NCBI GenBank assembly: GCA_951406725.2
Contig: OX597814.1
Span: forward strand, 199,268,001-199,332,000
Origin: Octopus vulgaris
Lineage: Eukaryota
Length of the DNA stretch: 64,000 nt
Reading direction: 5' to 3'
Of this stretch, positions 25,816-38,350 are shown piece by piece (position 1 is the stretch's first letter; the number at the start of each line of letters is the position of its first letter). The notes beneath the pieces are model-generated. The model ran no database searches, was not told the DNA's origin, and saw nothing but the letters and a program-made list of their open reading frames with translations. A program made the position numbers and the translations under genes.

Positions 25816-26884
25816 TATGTAATTCAAAATATAAGCAATAATAAACCATAAAATTCATTTTACATTTTTCGAAAGGAAGCAAAACTAACAGTAAAATAGA
25901 AAATATTGTTTTTTTTTTTTTTTCCCCGCCCTTTTCAAGCCTAGTCTGGCTCATGGGCCCGGTTTCTCTGTTTCTGTGGCGTATTTCGTGAATAAGTTGG
26001 ACACTAGTTGGATAGTTGAGCTCTGATTGATTGAATATAAATGTGTTGTTAACTAGGATCCGGAACTTTCGTGGGAAAAAAAATTGTCATAATTGCAGGC
26101 TGGAATTTTGGGCTGCAGACAGAAGCATCATTTTACCTGCTGGAACGTTAGGGCCGACCGTCTGATGTGATCAACATTATTGATACACGTGATGAACTGG
26201 ATCGCGGCCAGCTCAATCCACCCACGTGAATGCCACCCCAAGTACATAGATGCAACCGTACCGTGTTATCCAATTGCATGTTGTCCTTAATCGATTTCTG
26301 ATTCAGCGTATTTGAAGTAGCTTTATTTAGAAATTTTCTACAATGGACCTTACTCGGTAGCTTCCGAGTCAAATAATGCGGGTATCAAGTTTATTGTCAA
26401 TATCCTCGCCTAAAGTTTATTTCGTTGAGACAATGTTGGAAATTAGTATTTCGGGTAATTAAGCGAACACTTAATTACGTCTTTCAGAATTTTGTTTTGT
26501 TCCTAGATTTTGCTCCACGCTTGTATTCAATTCAGTTAACTCTGCAATTCTTGCCAGAGATTCGACGTGGTTGCTACAGCTGTGAGGAATATTAATTAAA
26601 AAAATACAATGTGGAATTTATAAAGACGGTTTTGGCCTCGGTTAAAGAGCTTTTAGTCATAAACTTGGTCAGTCAACGGGAAATAATAACCATCAGTAAA
26701 TCTTGTGTAAATGTGAGAAATCAAAACCTTTATATGCAAGCACACACGCACAACATACATGCACAAACACACACACACACACATCGTTATATGTAATTAT
26801 ATATGTAAATATGCGTATAATGAATATAAGTGTATATGAATGTGTGAGTGCGTGTGTGTATATATATATATTTATATACACTCT

Positions 26885-27103
26885 CTCTTTATTCTTTTAC
26901 TCTTTTGTTTCGGTCATTTGACTGTGGCCATGCTCGAGCGACGCCTTTAGTCGAACAAATCGACCCTAGTACTTATTGTAAGCGTAGTACTTATGTCGGT
27001 CTCTTTTGCCGAACCGCTAAGTCACGGGGACGTAAACACACGAGCATCGGTTGTTAAGCGATGTTGGGGACAGACACACATACATCCATCCATCCATCCA
27101 TAC

Positions 27104-27157
<54 letters not shown>

Positions 27158-27319
27158 GACGGGCTTCTTTCAGTTTCCGTCTATCAAATCCACTCACAAG
27201 GCTTTGCTCGGCCCGAGGCTAAAGCAAAGGACACTTGCCCAATTTGCCACACAATTGGACTGAACCCGGTACTATGTGGTTGGTAAGCATGCTACTTACC
27301 ACACGGCCACTCCTACACC
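26885..27319 (-). mobile_element. SINE family B
   Basis: Reverse complement of the family B consensus. Confidence 0.9.
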
Positions 27320-27377
27320 TATATATAGATAAATATATCTTATCTAAATTAACCCTTTCTTAACCATCCTCTCACAG

Positions 27378-27427
27378 CTTTTCCGATGAAAGGATATAAT
27401 AAATATCATGGAAACAGCTGTAAGACC
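27378..27427 (+). ncRNA. Degenerate minimal hammerhead motif (CCGA core)
   Basis: CCGATGA 27383-27389, stem II GATAT/ATATC, GAAA 27411-27414, palindromic CAGCTG, GTA. Related to 60853-60907. Confidence 0.45.
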
Positions 27428-27784
27428 TATCTATAAATGTTCTAAAATCTACACAGTCTTGTTTTTTTTTTTATCTTATTACAAAGTAATACTTTTTTTT
27501 TATATACACACGCTGACATATGACCAACGTTGGACCCCTTATTCGCAAAATCATTGAACCTGGAACTTAACTATGGTCTATCTATAGCACTTATTCAGCA
27601 TTACCTGACACCTTTGGGTTTCAATGACACCATTACCGCTCATAACCTATATATATATATAAATATATAGATTTTATGAATAAATCTTAAGCACATATGT
27701 ATGTGTAAACCACACACGCACACTCACTCATATACATGCGCATGCACACACATACACATGCACACACATACACAATACATACAT

Positions 27785-28990
27785 ACGAGGTGCATTCCAG
27801 AAGTTCTGGGACATTTTTAAGGAGGCAGTTATAATTGTCTGAGATTATTTTGATTTTAGTCTATCATTACCATACATCGAATAAGCTGACCTGCCAGCTT
27901 TCGTTGTTCCAGATTGAAGGGTACGGAAGTGGCAGCATTTTGAACACACCAAACGAAATACTGCTTGTCACAGCTGACTAATTTTCAGAATACAGCCGGG
28001 ACGCGAAATTGTTTCCTACGAGAGTCCCAGACCCCTATTGTAAACTCATTTGCATACAGCCAATCAGAGATCAAGTATCAATTTATGAGCGCATAGCAAG
28101 TGTTGGGCGATCAGATAAGGTCACTTTTGTAAAGAACGACCATGCTTCTTTCTCTTTTAGTTAGTTAGTTAGTTAGTTAATTTGGCTCAAAATCAAATAG
28201 CAAGGCCATGTAGGGGGACATGGAGTTAAGTACAGGGTGGTGTTCATGTAAAGAGTTCAGGCCACTTGAGGTCCAGGGAGGCTTTGAACAAAGCGGTCGT
28301 CGGCATCTTCACCATCTCGTCTGGCAGCTTGTTCCACGGATCCGCAATGCTTGTGTTCTTTTTCTTGTTTCAAACATGGCTGCCTCTGCGTAATTATTTT
28401 TGTTTACTGTGTCAAACAGTAAGGGGAGAGGGTTGCAAGCACATCACCCTCTACCCACATTTTTCCCATCCACATCTTTACCGTATGGGGGCCCTAACAA
28501 AATCCGATAATAGGTATAAATGCAAATCTATCTAATTACTTGTCTACTAAAATCAGGTATAACTTGGCGATCGGTTGACTTACAACAACGTTCTTCCTCT
28601 TGAGTTTACCTGGTAGTGTGTGCTTACTAACTTGACAACAAGCTCAAGGTGAGTTCTGATTGGTTGTATGCAAATCTCGTGGGGGGAAAAAAACATTCGC
28701 AGCTGAGACGTGGAGACAATTTGGAACCTAGCTCTGCAATAAAATTTTTCTGTTCTACTGGGCAAAACGCTAGAGAAACTTATGAAATACCCCAGACTGC
28801 GTGTGGATTAATTTGTATGAGCCAAGCATCTATTTTCTTCCCTGGAACAAGAGGCTTCCACCGGAAAGCTGTTGATGATTCCGTTTTTGACAGCCAGCGT
28901 ATCATCTACGTCCACAGTGTTCCTTCTTGCCAGACAGTCAACAAAGAAGTTCAGGAAAAAAATTTGTTAGAAAAGCTCAGAGCACCACAG
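27785..28990 (+). mobile_element. Decayed, internally deleted mariner-like sequence with nested insertions
   Basis: TA-CGAGG start; AIKFFCSTGQNARETYE (HTH) and VFDSQRII...VPSCQTVNKE at 28735-28950. Whether the whole span is one element is uncertain. Confidence 0.6.
28157..28346 (-). mobile_element. CR1-group LINE extreme 3' end with (TAAC)n tail
   Basis: ADPWNKLPDEMVKMPTTALFKASLD on the minus strand; (TTAG)n on plus. Confidence 0.8.
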
Positions 28991-29107
28991 CCCAAAGAAT
29001 ATACCAGTTCACAATTCCATCGTAGTAACTAGCTAATTGACAGAGTTGAGCATAAAACAAAGGATTTCTATGGACAACTGCTTTGAATCACCCAGCTTCT
29101 ATATGCT

Positions 29108-29477
29108 TCTATCCTCCCTCTCTCACTCTATCATCTCTCTCTCCCTCTATCCTCTCTCTCTCTCTCTCTCCCTCGATCCTCTCTCTCTCTCTCCCTCTAT
29201 CCTCTCTCTCTCTCCCTCTATCCTCTCTCTCTCTCCCTCTATCCTCTCTCTCTCTCCCTCTATCCTCTCTCTCTCCCTCTATCCTCTCTCTCTCCCTCTA
29301 TCCTCCCTCTCTCTCCCTCTATCCTCCCTCTCTCTCCCTCTATCCTCTTTCTCTCCCTCTATCCTCTCTCTCTCCCTCTATCATCTCTCTCTCCCTCTAT
29401 CATCTCTCTCTCCCTCTATCATCTCTCTCTCCCTCTATCATCTCTCTCTCCCTCTATCATCTCCCACGCCCTCTATC

Positions 29478-29511
<34 letters not shown>

Positions 29512-29524
29512 TTCTCTTTCTCTT

Positions 29525-29557
<33 letters not shown>

Positions 29558-29570
29558 TTGTCTCTCTGTT
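29108..29570. repeat. Polypyrimidine minisatellite (CCTCTATCCTCTCTCTCTCT-like) and (CT)n
   Basis: About 460 bp of 17-21-bp units. Confidence 0.95.
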
Positions 29571-32500
29571 TTTCTTTTTTCACGACTCAACCATCAGTTT
29601 ATGCGTGGGTATTTGGTTTGTTTTATTTACTTATTTAATACACAAAAATCCCTTATTTTGTCAATCGTGGGTTAGTCTTGGCTGAAAAGACTCACAATAT
29701 ATATGACAATTCAACCCGTCCTTCACTAGCGTTTCACTGCTATTTCTAGCAGTTTGAGCAACCACGAAGAGCAATCATGGACCAAATGTGCCACGAACGT
29801 CTTTCAGAATGGCACTTCTAACGAAACATCCCGCTTCTCGAAAAAGATCGCCCATTCCTTTAGGTCGTTGAAACTTCCTCGTTTGCTTCTCTTTCTCATA
29901 GATCACCATTTACTTTCTTTTAACGATTGTTATATCGATAATTGGCTAACCTCTCAAAGGTGTTTCAATAGTATACTCTGACTTAATGAATTAACGACTT
30001 ACTTTGAAACCAATATTACGTTATCAATCATTAAATCATTGTCTGTTTAATAAACAAGACAGACACTAACACTTACGTCTGCCTGCTTGCTTGTCCTTCT
30101 GTCTGTCTGTATAGTTTTTATTTCAGTTTTAAGTTCTTCCCCAGAAAGTTCAAACCAGTCGCTATATACGTATGTCATTATTCGGTTTTATTTCAAGATT
30201 TCTTACCAATGGAGAAAGAGCCGCTTTCTAACATAGATCCAAGACTCCTTCATTGGAATTTTTGTATGTATGTATGGGTGCGGATCTGTATGTTTTGTTT
30301 TATGTATAACTTCATCATTATGTATGAGTTCATCATTTAAGTATATATGTGCATGTCTAGATATGCAAGTATATGTATGATATACTTGCATATCTAGACA
30401 TGCACATATATACTTAAATGATGAACTCCCGGAATTTTTTACAGATTTTCAGTTTAAGTGATGGGTTGGATCTGTCGTCTTCGAATCAGCTTTCTCCTAT
30501 CTGGTTTCGAAAAGCGAAATTTCTTAAGATTGGCATTTAGGCAGTGTGTTACATATCTCAGGGTTCCAATAATTACATATATACCTGAACTTATCTGGAT
30601 AGAGGAGTTGTAGATTTCTCAATAGTTCTGAGTAGGTAGTTTCTTTTTCGCTGATCTTCAGTTTTATCCTGGTCAGCTGATCTCCACAACTGTACACAGT
30701 TTCTTTCCTCCATCCCAAATTACTATTTCAGGTCTATTGTGTCTATTGAATCTATTTTATAGAGGTGTTCACTGGTCTTCAACTTTATGTTAACACCTAT
30801 TGGGCATCTGATTTTCACAACTGTACACAGTTTCTCGCCTGTATCCCAAATCATAATGTCAGGTCTGTTGTGTTTCACCGGGACATTCTACCTGTACTCC
30901 TTTTTAATATGAGTAGTTATGGCTTCTACCATACTATGGGTTCTTATTTCTTTGTCCACGGGGTCATCCATCCGACGGGTCGTGTTATAGCATCCGAGCT
31001 ACAACATCATGTCCCATCGGTAGATAATACCGTTATCGGACAACTGTTTATGATGTGGGTAATATTTTCGTTCTTAACTCCACAAAGTCAGCATCGGTTG
31101 TCACGTTTTACTGTTTTTCCTGCATCTTTGTCCCTTTTGTGCATCAGGTATTTCGTTGATATTTCCTGTTCCTAGATTGTATGTATATATGTATGTATGT
31201 CATTATTCAGTTTATTTCAAGATTTTTTGCCAACAGGACGAATCGGTTTCTAATGTAGATCTAAGACCTTTCATTAGAATTTCAACATCAACAACAAGGT
31301 ATTTTTTGTATGTATGTATGTATATACGTACATACATACATACATACATACATACATACATACATACATCTTTTTAGGTAGAAACGGTCTACGTCACTGT
31401 TGATGTGGCAATCATGTGTGATTGTTAGTATTTTTCGGGTTTTCATATCAATAGCTCGGATGTTATCAAGCGTCCAATCAAGCATCCCAAATACTGGTAT
31501 GTGGCACTGCAAACACATTGTGGGCAACTGATTTAATGAATACAGAGAGTTCTGAGATCCAAATTTTCTTTATTCAGCTGTAATATTCTTTAGTGACACG
31601 TGTTTTGTTACAGATGCCATTGTAAGATATATTTTCATCTACCACTAGATACCTGTAACATTCCTTGTAAGATACAGGGGAGACAGTCAAATCATTGATG
31701 GAGATGTTGCTAGTCTGCTTTATAGTTTTCCTTCCTTTTCACAATCATATAACAACATTTATCTTGACCAAATTCCAACTCTATATCCTTTGAGAATGTT
31801 GTAACTAGGTCATGGCTTGCATATTCTTTGCATAAAGTTTTAAGTCATCCACAAAGAAGCAGTGTGTAATTTTGGTATTTCTCTTTCCTCCTCGTGAACC
31901 AGTGAGATCTCCTTCAGACTTCCTTAATATGAATGAAAAAAGGGTTTACAGAAAGTATAAGCAACATCACAGAGACGTTGCCTCCTTGGAATATGCCTTT
32001 ACGATACTGTACTTTATCGGTGATAATATATTCCCTCTCTCTGTTTAATTTCCACATGGTGACCCACGCTGATGTCAGGTCAGCTATGGATTTGACTATT
32101 CTCACTGGAACTTTAGCAAGTTGTGGGACTTCTAGTATCCATGTGTGGGGAATAGAGTCAATAGCTTTCTTGTAGTCTACATTGAAACTAGGTTCTTACT
32201 ATGCTCTCGCACCTCTGACATCACAGTATTGTTGATTAACAATTGCTCGGCACATCCCCAGACTCCCTTATCAGCTGTTTGTTCTGTTGTGATAATGTTA
32301 TTGGTTTCACAATGGTTTGGAGGAAGAGGTTTAAACATGCTGTATATATCTTACAGATTAAGTTCTGACATGCAATTGGCTGGTAGGTTTTTGCCATGTG
32401 GGTGGTTCTGCATTTGGGGATCAATTTTGTCTCTGAATTTTGTCTCTGCCAGAGCTAACTAGTGTGGTATGCTACTGTTCCCAATGAAAGATTACTGGTG

Positions 32501-33420
32501 CAGATTGATAAGATATTCTCGGTAGAATGTTAGCTTCTTGTATCAATATCCAACAACCAAGTCTCTTCCAGGTGCTTTTCCATCCTGGGGTTTCTGAACC
32601 ACAGTTACAAGAGCTTCACCATCAATGTCGTATGTATTGGAATTAACGCAGGAGCAATAACTTTTTCGCATTTCTTCCAGCCACAGAACATCTTGGTTAA
32701 TTCCTTCTTTTCACTCCAGATTTTTCTGCAGAAGGAGTCTATGTCATCTCGTGAAGGAGCTTCCTTGATGTTTACGGCTCAACCTCTCATGTTTCTGTTG
32801 CCTGGTTGCGATTAAATTTTTTGTTTATTGTTCTTCTCTCGGTTATTCTCTTCTGATGTCGGAGGTTTTCACTGACATCTTTTAGCTCCTGCTTGAGGGT
32901 GATCAGTTTGCAAGTGAGTGTCCCGTTTTTGTTTTTTCCAAACACCATTTCTATCTCCTTCTTTACTTTCTGATAGTGGGACGTATAGTGGTTTGCTTGT
33001 TTGCATGCAATAAGCATCATTACATGATTGATGGCCTTCCGTAAACCAGTTTTCTTTTTCTCTGCCTTCAAACCCCATGATGGTACTTTCTTTGTTATTT
33101 CGGTTTTGTTTACTTTTTGAATATCAATCATAAATAATAATAATGAAATTATTGTATACGGTGCTCAGGTGCACCAATCATGTACTGTTTCACACTAGTA
33201 ACCAGCGCATATAGACACACTTTAATCTGCCAGTAGTTGGATTGGTCACACTATGGTAAATACTCATCACCAATTTCGTTAGCACCTTTTTATACCCTAT
33301 CTGGATTTTCACTTAATTTGGTGGAGAATGCTCTCTCCTCGAGGGACCGCTTCAAAGCCAAGGTATTTTTTTTTCTCGGAAAATTTCAGTAAGTGCACAT
33401 TTCACTGGCATATAATCCTG

Positions 33421-33444
33421 ACTACTACTACAACCACCACCACC

Positions 33445-33515
<71 letters not shown>

Positions 33516-33592
33516 CACCACCACTACTACTACCACCACCACCACCACCACCACCACTACTACTACTGCCACTACTACTACTACTACTACTA
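33421..33592. repeat. (CTA/CCA)n microsatellite
   Basis: Direct reading; source of the poly-T/H/Y ORFs. Confidence 0.95.
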
Positions 33593-33660
33593 CATCAATC
33601 GTTGCGGTTCTGCCCGCTATTTACCATAGTCGTAGTAGGGGGACAATGGTTAGTTACTTG

Positions 33661-33849
33661 AGCGGTATTTCGTCTGCCGTTACGTTCTCAGTTCAAATTC
33701 CACCGAGGTCGACTTTGCCTTTCATCTTTTCGGGGTCGATTAAATAAGTACCAGTTACGCACTGTGGTCGATATAATCGACTTAATCCGTTTGTCTGTCC
33801 TTGTTTGTCCTCCCTGTGTTTAGCCCCTCGTGGGTAGTAAAGAAATAGG
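33661..33849 (+). mobile_element. 5'-truncated SINE family A with 16-bp TSD
   Basis: TSD GGTTAGTTACTTGAGC at 33648-33663 and 33848-33863. Confidence 0.9.
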
Positions 33850-34571
33850 TTAGTTACTTGAGCCAGTAATGTAGTTTGACTGGCAGGCACTATGGAATCT
33901 GTTGGAATGTCGCTGACTGCGAAACTACGTGATGGTCTTATATCATTCACGGTTTCGTTTTAGTTTATTGAGTTGGAAAGAAGGTTAATTTTCGGTTTTT
34001 TAATAAAATTACAGTTACTAACCTTCTTTCTATATTCTAGAAATATTGCTTGTTGGCGTCGTTGCTTCGCAGAAAATGATTTAATTCTGGATGCAGATCG
34101 TCCCAATATGATTTCAATCGATTCATATAGCCAACAGCGGGGTTTTGTTTCGCTTTTACGTAGCAATTAAACAGATCATTATTTAATTCATAACTCCAAG
34201 AGAAATGAGTTTTGTAGTTACGGTTTCTTCTATAATTACAACTGGAAAGAATTTGTTCCCCTGTTTGAGCTGTTGTTTTCGTTCTGTTCTTCGACTGTGT
34301 TGTTGTTGATGTTGTGTTCAGCCATGTTGTTTGTAGTAACTCTCTGCAGGCTAAATTCAAGTTACAATCGAAAATCACTACGATTCTGAATAGAAGGCTC
34401 CCACAGTTAATTCATCTGAAGATTAACCAGTAATTTAAGAAATTTGATAGTTCTGATTCCAAAGTTGGTGATAGTAGTCATCGTACTTTCGATAAATATT
34501 CTCCCGCACCAAATACGCGACTTGTCGCTTCGTGTATTATATGTATGTATGTATGTATGACATTACTGTTT

Positions 34572-34784
34572 TTCTCTTTTACTTGTTTCAATCATTTGAC
34601 TGTAGCCATGCTGGAGCACCGCCTTTAGTCGAGCAAATCGACGCCAGGACTTATTCTTTGTAAGTCTAGTACTTATTCTACCAGTCTCTTTTGCCGAACC
34701 ACTAAGTTACGGGGACGTAAACACACCAGCATCGGTGGTCAAGCTATGTTGGGGGGGGGCACAGACACACAATCACACACACAC

Positions 34785-34821
<37 letters not shown>

Positions 34822-34986
34822 CACGACGGGCTTCTTTCAGTTTCCGTCTACCAAATCCACTCACAAGGCTTTGGTCGACCCGAGGCTATAGCGGAAGACA
34901 CTTGCCCAAGGTGCCACGCAGTGGGACTGAACTCGGAACCATGTAGTTGGTAAGCAAGATATTTACCACACAGCCACCCCTACGCC
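34572..34986 (-). mobile_element. SINE family B
   Basis: Full reverse-complement copy. Confidence 0.9.
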
Positions 34987-35614
34987 TACATTATTCAATT
35001 TTATTTCAAGTTTTCCTGTCAATTGTAAAAAAGCCGGTTTCTTCCCTAGATCCAAGTCTCCTTCATTCGGATGTATCTATGTATTGAACGTCCAATATAT
35101 TCAATTTACATAACCTCGGCGATATCGGTTACTTTAATACTGTTGTTTTAAGTTGAGCGCTATTATTATTTGTTAGCACTTGTCGTTTTATCGGAAGTTT
35201 TGAAAGATCTTTTTCTTCCTGTTGTACAACTTGTTTTCTTACTTTGTTGTGGTGTTGACACAGACATGATATCTTCCCACCTCATTGTTCATCATCAATG
35301 TAAACGAAAATAAACATGATATATTCTCTCATCTGAATAGTCTGGTAATTTATTTCGATGAATTATATGTTATTTCTTAGTTTGTGTATCTTTTAAGTGT
35401 GCTATAAACTGTTGTTATCTCTGAAGACAGTAGGCGTTGATAATTTCTTCGAGTGTATTTGGTGGCTGCTTGAAGAAATTTTCTTTTCATTCCCGGTACT
35501 AAATGAAGTTTAGCAATTAGGGTTCGATCCTGCGATCCTTTTTCCCTCCTTGATCTATATCATGTTGCTTATGTGCCTATGAAGGTTATGTGGTGAAATG
35601 GTTATTTGAAGAAG

Positions 35615-35827
35615 AGACAGGGTCAGAGAGAGAAAAACAGAAAGTGAGAGAGAGAGAGGGAAAATGAAAGGGAGAAAGAAAAAGAAAGAAAGAGAGGGAG
35701 AAAGAAAGTGAGAGAAAGGGAGAAATTAAGGAAGAGAGAAAGAAAAGAGGAAAAGAAAGGAAGAGAGAAAGAAAGAAAGAGAAATAAATAAAGAGAAATA
35801 AAGAGAGAAGGAAAGAGAGGAAGAGAG

Positions 35828-35869
<42 letters not shown>

Positions 35870-35990
35870 GCAGTTTCGGTGAAAGGCTGGAGAAAAGATT
35901 GTTCTTATATTTTACACTTAAATGGTTATTTGAAGGGCGAGGCAAAGAGAGAGAGAGGAAAACACTGAGAGGTAGGGAGAAAAGAAATGC
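35615..35990. repeat. (GA)/(GAAA)-rich purine tract
   Basis: Direct reading. Confidence 0.9.
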
Positions 35991-36519
35991 TATTTAAGTA
36001 GATTATATAGATTTGGAATTTTGGCAGAATGCCAGGAATTTCCTGGGAGCGGGTAACTAATTACATCGATCCTAGTGTTCCCTAGTAGTTATTTTATCGA
36101 ACGTAAAGACGGACGAAATGCCGTTAAGCATTATGTCCGTCGTGCTAACGATTCAGGCAGCTCATAGCCTTATTTGCTTATATATATTTACATGCACATA
36201 CATACACACACTTGTATGATATACAGAGAACTTAAAATGGCGGAGGTGTTACCTTTAGGGACATTGGTTATCGGAGATTGCGATGACGGGAAGAACAGGG
36301 AGTGTATAATTTTTTACTGTTTTCTATAAGGTGTTTTTGTTCTTTTAAAATTGCCAATCAGTTAACTCGTGCCCATTAGGAAACTAACGTGAGCATTTCA
36401 TATTTGTTTATCTAGAATATTCTACTTTGGTGTATATATATGTAACGTTGTCACCTTGGAAAGAAAATCGAACACGCAAAATTTATATTGTTCGTAAAAG
36501 CAACTAACTGACAAACTAT

Positions 36520-36731
36520 ACTCTTTACTCTTTTACTCTTTTACTTGTTTCAGTCATTTGACTGCGGCCATGCTGGAGCACCGCCTTTAATCGAACAACT
36601 CGACCCCGGGACTTATTCTTTTATAAGCCCAGTACTTATTCTATCAGTCTCTTTTGCCGAACCGCTAAGTAACGGGGACATAAACACACCAGCATCGGTT
36701 GTCAAGCAATGCTAGGGGGACAAACACAGAA

Positions 36732-36785
<54 letters not shown>

Positions 36786-36947
36786 GACGGGCTTCTTTCA
36801 GTTTCCGTCTACCAAATCCACTCACAAGGTTTTGATCGGCCCGAGGCTATAGTAGAAGACACTTGCCCAAGGTGCCACGCAGTGATACTGAACCCGGAAC
36901 CATATGGTTGGTAAACAAGCTACTTACCACACAGCCACTCCTGCGCC
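36520..36947 (-). mobile_element. SINE family B
   Basis: Full reverse-complement copy. Confidence 0.9.
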
Positions 36948-37164
36948 TACGAAATCGATGACAATCTATTAGGCATACAACATATATTGTATTTGGGTTA
37001 TTATATTATTTGTATTTTATGGCTAAGGAGTCTACGACTTCTATCTCTAGCAGTGCTGGTGCTCAGTGCACGCTTGTCACTTGTAGTGACGGTGAATAAT
37101 TTCTTGATGATTTTGAATTGCTGGTAGCCTTGTTAATTATTTTGTGATTTTCACATTGCCATTT

Positions 37165-37666
37165 TGTGAAAGTTTTTGTTGTAACTGGGTTCTCGAGGTG
37201 GCCATTAAGCTCTGCCGTAATTTGGGGAACTGTCTTTTTATTATCCTTTCTAACAATTCGCGTAAGATTCCGACGATCCCTATCTGAAAGTTTTGGTTTC
37301 CTTCCGGAGTTTTGTTTCGACAAGGAGGTTTTTCCCTCTTTCTCAAAAGCTGTCATTACCTTCGAGACAGTACTTCTTGATACACCAAACATTTCGGCTG
37401 TTTTCGTTTCACTAGCGCCTGACATATGAGCACCAGCAATTTGACCTCTTTGAAAGTTCGATAGATCTGTCATTTTAATGAATTTTAATTAACTTTTTCT
37501 GATGATATCTGAAAAGAAACAGCAATTTTAGGAAAACATATTAAGCAACACTAATAATAAATAAATAAAAAACATAGAAATAAACAAGCTCTTGACGGTT
37601 TTATAGATATTTCAAAATTACGATGTTATGATGCTAGGTGTTTCTGTTATTTTTGTCCAACCCCTG
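37165..37666 (-). mobile_element. Tc1-like transposon 5' fragment (TIR plus paired-like DNA-binding domain)
   Basis: MTDLSNFQRGQIAG...GVSRSTVSKV...SGRKPKLSDRDRR; TIR CAGGGGTTGGACAAAAATAA starting at 37666. DDE domain absent. Confidence 0.9.
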
Positions 37667-37914
37667 GAGAAATATCGATGAACTACAATTGACCTTCATC
37701 AATTATTTATTAATTCAATAGAAATAGACTGTATCCTGTCAAACAACTGTTTCTGCTCCCAATGTTGTACGGTATTGCCATTAATATGCTAAAATATTTA
37801 TCATATTTGGTAATAAATCCAATCCGAAACATGGAGCTTCGTCTGAGTGAAGAATAAATAAAAAGCCTAGAGACGAAAAAGGAAAAAGTTGAAATATATA
37901 TATATATACTGTTT

Positions 37915-38141
37915 TTAAAAGCAGCAGAAATATAACAAAAGCTGTTACTCAGAGTTTCACGTTCCCGTGTTCGTCGGACAGTTTTTTTTAAACAAAACTG
38001 TTCGATGAACGCGAACGTGAGACTCCTAGTAACAGCTTTTGTTATATTTCTACTGCTTTTAAATAAAGCATATTACTCTACCTCTGGTATTTGAGTACTC
38101 TTTTTTCCACCTTGTTTCATATTCATGTGCTTACTCCGGTG
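37915..38141. mobile_element. Fold-back PLE-type element with two inverted hammerhead-like motifs, between (TA)n tracts
   Basis: Arms about 37915-37985 and 37994-38063; motifs at 37942-37981 (-) and 37998-38035 (+). Confidence 0.7.
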
Positions 38142-38169
38142 TATATATATATATATATATATATATAAA

Positions 38170-38350
38170 TTAGCCCCTTGTGGATAGTAAAGAAATAGGT
38201 ATTTTGTGCATCTTTATGTTCTGAGTTCAAATTCCACCGAGGTCGACTTTGCTTTTCATCCTTTCGGGATCGATAAATTTAGTACCAGTTGCGTACTGGG
38301 GGCGATCTAATCGACTGGCCCCACCCTCCCTTGCCTAGAGTAGAAAAGAA
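38170..38350 (+). mobile_element. SINE family A truncated dimer (alternative tail)
   Basis: Junction AAATAGGTATTT and tail GCCTAGAGTAGAAAAGAAT. Confidence 0.85.

Larger units (their letters stand above)
30176..34538 (-). mobile_element. Near full-length decayed R4/Dong-like (RLE-type) non-LTR retrotransposon with nested insertions
   Basis: N-terminal WSYELNNDLFNCY..GYMNRLKSYW; RT motifs YQPIACQNLICKIYT, KGIFQGG, THCFFVDDLKLYA; CCHC C*LC..HIINSC; RLE HNRPDIMIWD. Many stops and frameshifts. Confidence 0.85.

Noticed and set aside
26040-26400. Possible Tc1 catalytic-domain remnant on the minus strand (WGGI, FQQ-like)
   Set aside because: Only very short motifs with irregular spacing; cannot be supported by eye.
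26507-26581. Phase-1 exon candidate DFAPRLYSIQLTLQFLPEIRRGCYS
   Set aside because: Weak donor context and no recognisable homology; expected by chance in a long intron.
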